30,057 nt of DNA from a virus (Duplodnaviria > Caudoviricetes): IMG/VR virus record IMGVR_UViG_3300034355_000367, positions 1 through 30,057 of that record. One strand, 5' to 3'. A program made the translations under genes and the position numbers. Shown piece after piece: positions 19,088-27,895 of this stretch (the first letter of the stretch is position 1; each line of letters starts with the position of its first letter). Below the pieces are notes generated by a model that did no database searches, had not been told where the DNA came from, and worked only from the letters and a program-made list of their open reading frames with translations.

Positions 19088-19728
19088 AAAATTTATTAAT
19101 TCCTAAAAAAACAATATTTGAAAAACAAAGATTTGGTAATAACCGAGATGGTGGTTATATCTTTGCAAAAACTCCAATTAAAAATCAAACAATTTATGGA
19201 TTTGGTGTAGATAATGATATTACATGTGAAAGTGAATTACAAAAATATTTTTCTGGAACAGTAAATTTATTTGATGGTACGTGTGATTTTAATAAAGAGT
19301 TACCTTTAAATATTACCTATAATAAAATAAATATTACAAAAGACAATATTAATGATATTTTAAATTCAAATTCTCCTATGATTGTAAAAATGGATATAGA
19401 AGGATCTGAATATGAATGTTTACATTGTATGGAAGAAAACATATTACAAAATATTGAACAATTAATTATAGAATTTCATTTACATCATTTTAGTCTTGAT
19501 TATTTTTATAATATAATTCTTAAGTTAACTAAAACGCATAAAATATTTCATATTCATGGAAATAATTGTTGTGGTCTATTAGATGGAATTCCAACAGTAG
19601 TTGAATTATCGTTTATTAATAAAAATTTATGCAATTTAGACGAAAATGATAATAATATGTATCCAGATTCAAAATTAGATTTTAAAAATCTTGATGATAG
19701 AGATGAATTGTTTTTTAAATGGTGGTAA
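19084..19728 (+). CDS. FkbM/Methyltransf_22-like methyltransferase
   Basis: [38 protein letters not shown] and HIHGNNC. Confidence 0.8.
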   Translation: MKNLLIPKKTIFEKQRFGNNRDGGYIFAKTPIKNQTIYGFGVDNDITCESELQKYFSGTVNLFDGTCDFNKELPLNITYNKINITKDNINDILNSNSPMIVKMDIEGSEYECLHCMEENILQNIEQLIIEFHLHHFSLDYFYNIILKLTKTHKIFHIHGNNCCGLLDGIPTVVELSFINKNLCNLDENDNNMYPDSKLDFKNLDDRDELFFKWW

Positions 19729-19735
19729 TTTATAT

Positions 19736-20758
19736 ATGAAAAAAATAGCACTTATTACTGGAATTTCTGGACAAGACGGAAGTTATCTTACGGACCTGTT
19801 GTTATCTAAAGGATATGAGGTTCATGGATTAATTCGTCGAAGTTCTTCATTTAATACTGGAAGATTGGAACATCATATTGAAAATGAAGAAGTTTATAAT
19901 AAAACATTATTTCTTCATTACGGAGATATGAATGATTTTACAAGTATATACAATATTCTTTTAAAACACAATCCAATTGAGATTTATAATCTTGCAGCAC
20001 AGAGCCATGTAAGACTATCCTTTGACATGCCTGTATATACTGGAGAGGTGGATGCGATTGGAACAACTAATATTTTAGAAGCTATAAGATCTTATCAAGA
20101 TCATAGTGGTAATAAAATTCGTTACTACCAAGCATCTAGTAGTGAAATGTTTGGAAAAGTTCAAGAAGTTCCTCAAAAAGAAACTACTCCTTTCTATCCT
20201 CGATCACCATATGGTTGTGCTAAAGCATACAGTCATTATATGACTGTAAATTATAGAGAAAGTTATAATATGCATGCCTCATGTGGTATTCTATTCAATC
20301 ATGAAAGTCCCCGTCGAGGTGAAACTTTTGTAACTAGAAAAATTACTAGGGCTGTAGGTAGAATTTCTCAGGGTTTACAAACAGAATTGAGATTAGGAAA
20401 TCTAGATTCTTTTAGAGATTGGGGGTATGCAGGCGATTATGTTGAAGCAATGTGGTTAATGTTACAACAAGATCTTCCTGATGATTATATTATTGCAACA
20501 GGAAAAATGATTTCTGTAAAAGAATTTTGTGAATATGCATTTAGTTTAGTTGGTCTAGATTATAAAAAGTATGTAATCATAGATCCAAAATATTTCAGAC
20601 CTACTGAAGTTGATGAATTATTAGGTGATTCTAGTAAAGCTAAAGAAAAATTATTATGGGAACCAAAAACTGATGTATACAGTTTAGCAAAAATGATGGT
20701 TGATGTGGATACCAATCTGGCAAAAGAAGAATTGTTAATTCGTAATTTAATTAAATAA
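19736..20758 (+). CDS. gmd: GDP-mannose 4,6-dehydratase
   Basis: [54 protein letters not shown] and RDWG. Start set at MKKIALITG (19736). Confidence 0.97.
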   Translation: MKKIALITGISGQDGSYLTDLLLSKGYEVHGLIRRSSSFNTGRLEHHIENEEVYNKTLFLHYGDMNDFTSIYNILLKHNPIEIYNLAAQSHVRLSFDMPVYTGEVDAIGTTNILEAIRSYQDHSGNKIRYYQASSSEMFGKVQEVPQKETTPFYPRSPYGCAKAYSHYMTVNYRESYNMHASCGILFNHESPRRGETFVTRKITRAVGRISQGLQTELRLGNLDSFRDWGYAGDYVEAMWLMLQQDLPDDYIIATGKMISVKEFCEYAFSLVGLDYKKYVIIDPKYFRPTEVDELLGDSSKAKEKLLWEPKTDVYSLAKMMVDVDTNLAKEELLIRNLIK

Positions 20759-20762
20759 ATTT

Positions 20763-21809
20763 ATGAAATCAATCATTCTTAACGATACCCACTTTGGGTA
20801 TAAAGCAGATTCCCCAATAGTCTTGGAATACTTTCTGTCCTTCTTTGAGGGACAGTTATTTCCATATATTAAAGAAAACGATATTAAAATCATCTTTCAT
20901 TTAGGTGATGTATTTGATCGTAGAAAATATATTAATTTTAAGACTCTTCAACAGGTTCGTACAAGGTTTTTTGAACCTCTTCAAGAACTTGGAGTAAAAT
21001 GTATTGCCATCTGTGGCAACCACGATACATATTACAAGAATAATAATACAGTCAATTCTTTACAAGAAATTGCACAACAGTATTCAAACTGGGAGATTCA
21101 TTCAGAACCGACAGAGATTCAAACGTCTGCTGGTTGTGTAGCACTATTACCTTGGATCAACCCAGAGAATGAGATTAAGTCAGCAGAGTTTATTACCAAC
21201 ACTACCTGCTCTATATTACTGGGACATTTAGAGTTGTGTGGCTTTCAGAGTATTCGCGGTATCTTTATTGAGCATGGCTATGACCCAAAACATTTTGACA
21301 AATTTGAATATGTTCTTACTGGGCATTATCACATTAAATCTAGCCGGGATAATATACATTACCTGGGATCTCAGTACCAAATGGCTTTTTCAGACGTTTG
21401 GGAAGCCAAAGGGTTTCATGTCTTTGATTTTGCAGCAAGAACGCTTGAATTTATCGAGAATCCAAAAAGGCTTTTCTATACGTTTGACTACGATGAAACC
21501 AACCCAGAAAAATTAGACTACTCAAAGTTTAAAGATACTTATGTTAAGATCTTTATTAAAAACCGAACTAAAGGTCCTGCCTTTGAGAAGTACTTGGATA
21601 AGTTCTATGAAGCAGGAGTAGCAGAATTGTCTGTAACAGAAGATGTGACTGCAAACCCAGATCTAGTCGCTGTTGATATTCATAAAGATACTTTACAGTT
21701 ACTTCATGAAGAGATTGATACAGTTACTGAAAAGTCAATTAATAAAAATGTACTTGCTGATATTATAAACACAGCATATAATACAGCCATGTCAAAGGAT
21801 GAAGATTGA
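20763..21809 (+). CDS. gp47: Mre11-like recombination endonuclease subunit
   Basis: Phosphoesterase motifs DTHFG, GDVFD.RK, GNHD, GHL and GHYH. Confidence 0.95.
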   Translation: MKSIILNDTHFGYKADSPIVLEYFLSFFEGQLFPYIKENDIKIIFHLGDVFDRRKYINFKTLQQVRTRFFEPLQELGVKCIAICGNHDTYYKNNNTVNSLQEIAQQYSNWEIHSEPTEIQTSAGCVALLPWINPENEIKSAEFITNTTCSILLGHLELCGFQSIRGIFIEHGYDPKHFDKFEYVLTGHYHIKSSRDNIHYLGSQYQMAFSDVWEAKGFHVFDFAARTLEFIENPKRLFYTFDYDETNPEKLDYSKFKDTYVKIFIKNRTKGPAFEKYLDKFYEAGVAELSVTEDVTANPDLVAVDIHKDTLQLLHEEIDTVTEKSINKNVLADIINTAYNTAMSKDED

Positions 21810-23527
21810 TAGATTTTCTAACAGTTCGTTTTAAAAACTTTGGTTCATTTGGTAATAATTTTTCTGAGATCAAACTCGATAATTATAAAACCACTTTAGT
21901 CACAGGTACTAATGGGAATGGTAAGTCTTTTGCTCTATTAGACTCTCTGTGCTTTGGTTTGTTTGGAAAGCCATTTCGACCTATTAACATTCCACAACTC
22001 ATTAATACGGTGAATGGTAAACAATGTGTTGTAGAAATTGAATTTAAGAAATCTAACTGCCATTTCCTAGTTCGCCGTGGTCTTGCACCAAAGTTATTTG
22101 AAATCTTTAAAGATGGAGAAATGCTCGACCAGAATGCTAAGACTAAAGATTACCAAGAGATGTTTGAAGAAAATATTCTTGGATTTGACTATGCAGCATT
22201 CAAGCAGGTAGTTATTCTTGGCAAGTCTAACTTTGTTCCTTTCATGCAATTGACTCCTGCTGAAAGACGTAAGATCATTGAAGGTCTTCTAAATCTTGAT
22301 ATTCTTGCTGATATGAATTTGTACGTTAAAGGACAACTATCAAGTCTTAAAGTTTCTCTTGGTGAACAAGAAAGTATGTTAAAGATTGTACATGAAAAGA
22401 TTAAGTCTCAGAAAGAAGTATTAGAAACAATACAAACCACTGCAGTAGAAGAAATTAAGTCTATTGAAGTATCTATTCAAGATTATACAACTAAGATTGC
22501 CGATGACAATGTACTACAGGCAAAGCATGAAATAAATCTTAAAGATGTATCTGCTAAACTTACCAAGAAGTTAACAAACCTAAGTGCTCTAAAAGATGTT
22601 CCTGCTATGTTAACCAAGGCAGAGGTATTGGAAGCAACATTAGTTGAAGAGATTGATTCTCTCAAAGAAAATGCATTATGCAAGTGCTGTGGTCAGAATC
22701 TACCTAAGTTTCAAAAAGAAAAACATATTCAAGATAAAGAATCTAAGTTAGAAGATTGCCGTAAAGCAATTGCCATTGCTACAAAGAAAAATGTAGAACT
22801 TTTAGAACTGCAAACTGAAGTAGAAGAACTGAAGACACTTAAACAAAAATATCAATTAGAAAATAACGATATTTCATATCAAATTATCAGCAATCAATCT
22901 TCTCTTAGTTTTATGAAAAAAGAAAAGAATAAGAAGTTGGTTAATGATAGTGAGACTACATTATTACAAAAAATTAAAGATGCAGAATTAGAAAAAGAAA
23001 ATGCTACTAAGCAATTGGATGCATTAATCACAAAACAAATACACCATGATATTGTCTATGATATACTCAAAGATGGCGGTCTTAAAAGCCGCATTATTGC
23101 ACATTATGTTCCCATCATCAATGGACTCGTTAACAAGTTCCTCGGAAAACTTAATCTATATGTTGACTTCACCATCGACGAAGAGTTCAAAGAAACAATT
23201 AAATCAAGATACCGAGATGCATTCTCATATTCCTCTTTCTCTGAGGGAGAAAAACAACGTATTGATTTAGCAATTCTATTAACTTGGCGTGAAGTTGCAC
23301 GAATGAAGAACAGTCTCAACTGTAATCTATTAATATTTGATGAGATTCTAGACTCATCTCTAGATGCTGCAGGTACAGAAGCCTTTATGAAAATCTTGAA
23401 TAAGATGACAAATAAATGTTCTATCTATATCATTAGTCACAAGGCAGATCAATTAATTGATAAGTTTGATCAAAGCCTGCAGTTTGAAAAGAAAAACAAT
23501 TTTTCAAAAATAAAAACAATAATATAA
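21806..23527 (+). CDS. gp46: Rad50-like recombination ATPase subunit
   Basis: Walker A GTNGNGKS, coiled coil with CKCC hook, signature FSEGEKQR and Walker B LIFDEILD. TTG start overlaps the gp47 stop. Confidence 0.96.
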   Translation: MIDFLTVRFKNFGSFGNNFSEIKLDNYKTTLVTGTNGNGKSFALLDSLCFGLFGKPFRPINIPQLINTVNGKQCVVEIEFKKSNCHFLVRRGLAPKLFEIFKDGEMLDQNAKTKDYQEMFEENILGFDYAAFKQVVILGKSNFVPFMQLTPAERRKIIEGLLNLDILADMNLYVKGQLSSLKVSLGEQESMLKIVHEKIKSQKEVLETIQTTAVEEIKSIEVSIQDYTTKIADDNVLQAKHEINLKDVSAKLTKKLTNLSALKDVPAMLTKAEVLEATLVEEIDSLKENALCKCCGQNLPKFQKEKHIQDKESKLEDCRKAIAIATKKNVELLELQTEVEELKTLKQKYQLENNDISYQIISNQSSLSFMKKEKNKKLVNDSETTLLQKIKDAELEKENATKQLDALITKQIHHDIVYDILKDGGLKSRIIAHYVPIINGLVNKFLGKLNLYVDFTIDEEFKETIKSRYRDAFSYSSFSEGEKQRIDLAILLTWREVARMKNSLNCNLLIFDEILDSSLDAAGTEAFMKILNKMTNKCSIYIISHKADQLIDKFDQSLQFEKKNNFSKIKTII

Positions 23528-23561
23528 ATATAGTTGACAAGTCTAACAACGGAGTTATAAT
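23523..23561 (+). promoter_or_regulatory. Tandem late (TATAAATA) and sigma70-type promoter
   Basis: TATAAATA (23523-23530), then TTGACA (23534-23539), 16 nt, TATAAT (23556-23561), 6 nt, ATG at 23568. Confidence 0.85.
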
Positions 23562-23567
23562 AGAGTC

Positions 23568-23720
23568 ATGAACGAGGAAAGTTTTCAGAAGTTTAGTAAT
23601 CGGGGCAAGAACAAGCCATCGGGTTTAGGAAAGAAGCAACAGAAGAGAAGTAAGCGTGGTGATCGCCACGAACAAAAGCAACAACTTAACGATAGCGTTT
23701 ATCGTAAAGAACGTGAGTAA
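23568..23720 (+). CDS. 50-aa basic hypothetical protein, absent from the ORF track
   Basis: Hand translation: MNEESFQKFSNRGKNKPSGLGKKQQKRSKRGDRHEQKQQLNDSVYRKERE*. Fills the gp46-gp45 gap directly behind a consensus promoter. Confidence 0.7.
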   Translation: MNEESFQKFSNRGKNKPSGLGKKQQKRSKRGDRHEQKQQLNDSVYRKERE

Positions 23721-23737
23721 TTTTTAGAAAGATTTAT

Positions 23738-24409
23738 ATGACAACTGTGACAAAAATGCGTTTCTCAAGAGATACCTATACTATTCTCAAGAACTTTGCA
23801 GCAATCAATTCAAATATTCTTATTTCACCAGGAAATGTCCTAAAGACTATCTCTCCTGGTAAGAATATTTACGTTGAGGCTACAATTTCAGAAGACTTTG
23901 ACGTTGAAGTTCCTATTTGGGATTTGAACAAGTTTTTAGGTGTTGTAAGTATGTTCTCAAACCCCGATTTAGAGTTCCACGATACCCATGTAGTCGTTTC
24001 TAACGGCAGATCGAGTGTTACATACTATTACTCAGAACCGAGCCTCCTGACGGTTCCTACTAGAGAACTGAAGATGCCAAAGACCACAATTAAGTTTGAT
24101 CTTGATGAAAAAGATCTAAATGAAATTTTGAAGGCAGCAAGCATTCTACAGGTAAGTGATCTTCGTATGATTGGTGGAGATGGTTCTTTCCGTATTATGG
24201 TTGACGATTCTAGTCAGAGTACTACCAATAGTTTTGAGATTGTTTTGGATGAGAACTATACTGGTAAGGATTTTGAAGGTACTTTGAATGTATCAGAAAT
24301 TAAGTTTATTCCCGGTTCATACACTGTGGAATTGAGTGATACTATTATCTCTAAGTTTACTCATAAGAGTCTGGAACTTGCTTACTACATCGCTATCAAG
24401 CGGGGTTAA
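23738..24409 (+). CDS. gp45: Sliding clamp
   Basis: T..ILKNFA.IN.NI, IWDLNKFL and N.S.IKFIPGSY.V. Upstream of the clamp loader. Confidence 0.94.
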   Translation: MTTVTKMRFSRDTYTILKNFAAINSNILISPGNVLKTISPGKNIYVEATISEDFDVEVPIWDLNKFLGVVSMFSNPDLEFHDTHVVVSNGRSSVTYYYSEPSLLTVPTRELKMPKTTIKFDLDEKDLNEILKAASILQVSDLRMIGGDGSFRIMVDDSSQSTTNSFEIVLDENYTGKDFEGTLNVSEIKFIPGSYTVELSDTIISKFTHKSLELAYYIAIKRG

Positions 24410-24411
24410 TT

Positions 24412-25356
24412 GTGTCTGACATTAATAGTCTGCTCTGGGTTGAAAAATATCGACCCAAGTCATTATCTGATTGTATTCTTCCTATTGATCTTACCACTAT
24501 TTTTAATGGTATGATCAAGGAAGGTACAATTCCTAATATGATGCTCTACGGCAAGGCGGGTACGGGAAAAACAACCGTAGCCCGTGCTCTTGCCAATGAC
24601 ATTGGTGCTGAAAGTATTATTATTAACTGTTCTGAGGAGAACGGTATTGATACATTACGGACGAAGATTCGTAATTACGCCTCAACGGTTTCCCTAAGTG
24701 GAAATCTAAAGGTTGTAATTTTGGATGAGTTTGATTATGCAAATGCACAATCAATTCAGCCTGCTCTTCGTGGAGCCATTGAAGAATTTGCAAAGAACTG
24801 CAGATTCATCATGACTTGTAACTACAAGAATCGTATCATTGAGCCATTGCACTCTCGATGCACTGGTATTGATTTTACAGTTCCTAATGCCGAGAAGGCT
24901 GCTGTTGCATCTGCAATGATGAAGCGTGTGGAATACATTCTTGTAGAAGAAAAGATTCCATATGAGAAGACAGTAATTGTCAATCTTGTCAAGAAGCATT
25001 TTCCTGATCTTCGCCGTATTATCAATGAACTACAGAGATATGCATCTGCAGGTAGTATTGATATCGGAGTTCTTGGTCAAGGCAGCAGTGAATCCTACAA
25101 GGAACTTCTAGGATTTATGAAGAACAAAGATTTTGTATCATGCCGTAAGTGGGTGGTACAGAATCTAGATCTTAATACATCAGATTTTTATAAGCGTTTA
25201 TATACTGAACTATATACATCTCTTAAGAATCCTTCTGTACCACAGGCTATTCTAATCATTGCTGAGTATCAATATAAGTCTGCCTTTGCAGCAGACCAAG
25301 AAATCAATACCATGGCATTGATTGTTCAACTTATGATGGACTGTGAGTTTAACTGA
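24412..25356 (+). CDS. gp44: Clamp loader ATPase subunit
   Basis: LWVEKYRPK, GKAGTGKTT, ILDEFD, PLHSRC and FPDLRRIINELQ. Confidence 0.97.
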   Translation: MSDINSLLWVEKYRPKSLSDCILPIDLTTIFNGMIKEGTIPNMMLYGKAGTGKTTVARALANDIGAESIIINCSEENGIDTLRTKIRNYASTVSLSGNLKVVILDEFDYANAQSIQPALRGAIEEFAKNCRFIMTCNYKNRIIEPLHSRCTGIDFTVPNAEKAAVASAMMKRVEYILVEEKIPYEKTVIVNLVKKHFPDLRRIINELQRYASAGSIDIGVLGQGSSESYKELLGFMKNKDFVSCRKWVVQNLDLNTSDFYKRLYTELYTSLKNPSVPQAILIIAEYQYKSAFAADQEINTMALIVQLMMDCEFN

Positions 25357-25736
25357 TGCAACTCAAAGACTTTTTATCTAGTATAAACCATGACAAGAAG
25401 CCTCTACTGGATACAGATGAGAGTGCAGTCAAGGCATATACACCGTTTGTAGTCAATAGGTGTTTATCTTATTTTGCAGATACCTTGTTTCATGCTAATG
25501 AGATGAATTGTTCTCCTTGGCTAGACAACAAGAGTCAATTTGATTTTTATAGACTTGCTGTTCGTAAAAAGAAGCGGTTTTCTCCTTGGTTACGTAAAGA
25601 CACCGAAGAGAATGTAACGCTTATAAAGCAGGCATATGGTTACACAGAATCCAAGGCTAGGGAAGTACTAAATATACTGAGTACTGAGGATTTGCAAGCA
25701 ATACGCAAAGCCCTTGATACTGGTGGTGTGAAGTAA
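25356..25736 (+). CDS. gp62: Clamp loader small subunit
   Basis: Y.PFVVNRCLSYF.DT, ANEMN and RKKKRFSPW. Confidence 0.94.
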   Translation: MQLKDFLSSINHDKKPLLDTDESAVKAYTPFVVNRCLSYFADTLFHANEMNCSPWLDNKSQFDFYRLAVRKKKRFSPWLRKDTEENVTLIKQAYGYTESKAREVLNILSTEDLQAIRKALDTGGVK

Positions 25737-25752
25737 TTTAGTAAGGATTTGT

Positions 25753-26178
25753 ATGTCAGAAGTATCTGAAAAAATATTTAATAATGTTGGTGTACATATT
25801 CAGTTATTTGATCCTGAAGATTTCATGGTTGTTCGTGAAACTCTTTCTCGTATTGGGGTTTCTCCCAAAGGTAAAAATGTACTGTATCAATCATGTCATT
25901 TAATTCATAAAAATGAAGTATATATTGTTGCACATTTTAAAGAATTATTTGCTTTAGATGGACTTCCATCAAATACTTCTGATGAAGATCTTCAACGCAG
26001 AAATGCTATTATTAATCTTCTTGAAGAGTGGGAACTCTTAGAAGTCATTGATAAAGATAAAATAAAAGATCAAATGCCTATTAATGGTATTAAAATTATT
26101 AAACACACAGAAAAAGATAATTGGGATTTGATTCCCAAATTTAATCCCGGTTCACTACGTAAATTTTTTAATTCATAA
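25753..26178 (+). CDS. regA: Translational repressor RegA
   Basis: DF.VVRETLSRIGV, LYQSCHL.HK, HFKELFALDG and RRN.I..LL.EW.L. Confidence 0.96.
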   Translation: MSEVSEKIFNNVGVHIQLFDPEDFMVVRETLSRIGVSPKGKNVLYQSCHLIHKNEVYIVAHFKELFALDGLPSNTSDEDLQRRNAIINLLEEWELLEVIDKDKIKDQMPINGIKIIKHTEKDNWDLIPKFNPGSLRKFFNS

Positions 26179-26180
26179 GG

Positions 26181-27425
26181 ATGACTATGCATAGATTAGC
26201 GTTAGCAATGATCGTAAAAAATGAAGCACCAAATATTGTACGGTGCTTAGAATCACTTTATTCTCAAATTAACTATTATGTTATTTGTGATACTGGTTCA
26301 ACAGATAATACCAAAGAGATTATTAAAAATTTCTTTGATGAAAAAGGTATTCCTGGAGAAATTTTAGATCACGAATGGAAAGACTTTGGATATAACCGAT
26401 CACGTGCTATTGAAGCATGTGAAGGAAAAGCCCAATGGGTTATGATGATTGATGCTGATGATTTTTTACAAGGAAAATTACCAGTAGAATCATTCAATGA
26501 TAATCTAGATGGTTATGTAGTTAAAATTCAACGAGGTGAATTTGTATGGTATCGTGGACAATTATTTAATATTGCTCGTACCAAGTGGTGGTATGAAGAA
26601 CCTCTACACGAATATGCAATTTGTAGACAGCCCATGCATGTAGAAAAACTTGAGGGTGACTATCGTTGGGAAGTTCGTACTGAAGGGTGTCGTTCAAGAA
26701 CATTTGCCAATGATGTTGAAAAGTATAAGAATGATTATGAAGTTTTAAAGAAATATCTTAATGAAGATCCAAATCAACCACGTAAACAATTCTATGCAGC
26801 CCAATCAGCATTTGATGCTCGAATGTTTGAAACGGCTGAAAAAGAATATCTAAAAAGAACAACTCTTGGCAATTGGGCAGAAGAAATATTTTATTCTTGG
26901 TTAAGAGTTGGTATTTGTCGTGAAATTATGGGAAGACCCATGGAAAATGTTGCAGATGCATTTATGCAAGCCTATGAGGTTAAACCAGATAGAGCAGAAT
27001 CTCTTTATCATCTTTCTTGCATCTATCGAAAACATGAACGCCCAAGAAATGCATTCTTGGCTGCTGCAATGGCATTGAGTATTCCTATGCCAACAAATGA
27101 TATTTTGTTTGTAGATGGTGCCAATTATAAGTGGGGTATTTTAGATGAAGTTGGAACTACTGCATTTTATGTTGGTAAATATCAGATGGGTTTGGCTGCT
27201 TGTGAGAAATTATTAGAAGAAAATTATTTCCCAGAAGAACAACGCGCAAGAATTGAAAATAATAAAAAGTGTTATATTGAAGTTCTTTCAAAGATGCAAG
27301 AACAAAATAATGCTCAAGTTGCTGCTCAAACTAAAGAAATGAATGAGAAATTACAAAAAGTTCAAGAAAAGTCATTTAGGACAACTTTAGACTTAAAACC
27401 TGAAACCCTTTTGGCAAAATTGTAA
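26181..27425 (+). CDS. GT2 glycosyltransferase with C-terminal TPR repeats
   Basis: LAMIVKNEA..I.RCLES, DTGSTD.T, W.DFGYNR, IDADD and PLHEY. C-terminal TPR-like segments FYAAQS, AYEVKPDRAESLYHL. Start could be 26187. Confidence 0.9.
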   Translation: MTMHRLALAMIVKNEAPNIVRCLESLYSQINYYVICDTGSTDNTKEIIKNFFDEKGIPGEILDHEWKDFGYNRSRAIEACEGKAQWVMMIDADDFLQGKLPVESFNDNLDGYVVKIQRGEFVWYRGQLFNIARTKWWYEEPLHEYAICRQPMHVEKLEGDYRWEVRTEGCRSRTFANDVEKYKNDYEVLKKYLNEDPNQPRKQFYAAQSAFDARMFETAEKEYLKRTTLGNWAEEIFYSWLRVGICREIMGRPMENVADAFMQAYEVKPDRAESLYHLSCIYRKHERPRNAFLAAAMALSIPMPTNDILFVDGANYKWGILDEVGTTAFYVGKYQMGLAACEKLLEENYFPEEQRARIENNKKCYIEVLSKMQEQNNAQVAAQTKEMNEKLQKVQEKSFRTTLDLKPETLLAKL

Positions 27426-27437
27426 TACTTTCTAACA

Positions 27438-27445
27438 TCTAAATA
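27438..27445 (+). promoter_or_regulatory. Late promoter variant TCTAAATA upstream of the structural/fibre module
   Basis: CTAAATA in the intergenic gap, with a GGAG SD at 27482-27485. Confidence 0.65.
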
Positions 27446-27446
27446 T

Positions 27447-27479
27447 TTAATAATAGCCTCTATAGTGGGCTATTATTAA
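27447..27479 (+). terminator. 12-bp inverted repeat, terminator or translational-control hairpin
   Basis: TTAATAATAGCC (27447-27458), 9-nt loop, GGCTATTATTAA (27468-27479). Confidence 0.6.
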
Positions 27480-27490
27480 TTGGAGAATAT

Positions 27491-27895
27491 ATGGCTAGTA
27501 ATTATGATCTATCAATAGTACAAGGCGATACTTTACGATGGTCGATGTATCTAACTGGAGCTGGTGGAACAGCCTATAATTTAGGTGGTGCTACTTTATC
27601 TATGCAAGTTAGAAAAGGATATTATCCTAGTTCTTTATTAGCATCTTATTCTTCTTATATTTCTCCAGCAGGAAATGTAAATATTAATTATCCAGAAGGT
27701 TATGTTGGTGGATTAAGTGCTTCTGCTACCGGTGGTACAATATATATTTCAATTGGAGCAACATATACTGGTCTATTGTCATCTGATAGTACATCAAAGT
27801 ATGATATTCAAATTGTACATCCAACTACTAATATGGTATTAACTATTTTACGTGGTGCAATCACGGGGATTCCAGAGGTAACTAAACTGCAATGA
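27491..27895 (+). CDS. Putative virion structural beta-sandwich protein (BppU-N-like fibre-attachment type)
   Basis: YDL.I.QGDT, NL.GAT..MQVRK, YDIQI and ILRG.I...PEVT pattern, which I recognise from proteins preceding phage fibre genes. Confidence 0.6.
   Translation: MASNYDLSIVQGDTLRWSMYLTGAGGTAYNLGGATLSMQVRKGYYPSSLLASYSSYISPAGNVNINYPEGYVGGLSASATGGTIYISIGATYTGLLSSDSTSKYDIQIVHPTTNMVLTILRGAITGIPEVTKLQ

Noticed and set aside
19691-19735. N-terminal extension of gmd
   Set aside because: It overlaps the upstream gene, and the Rossmann fold begins at MKKIALITG (19736).
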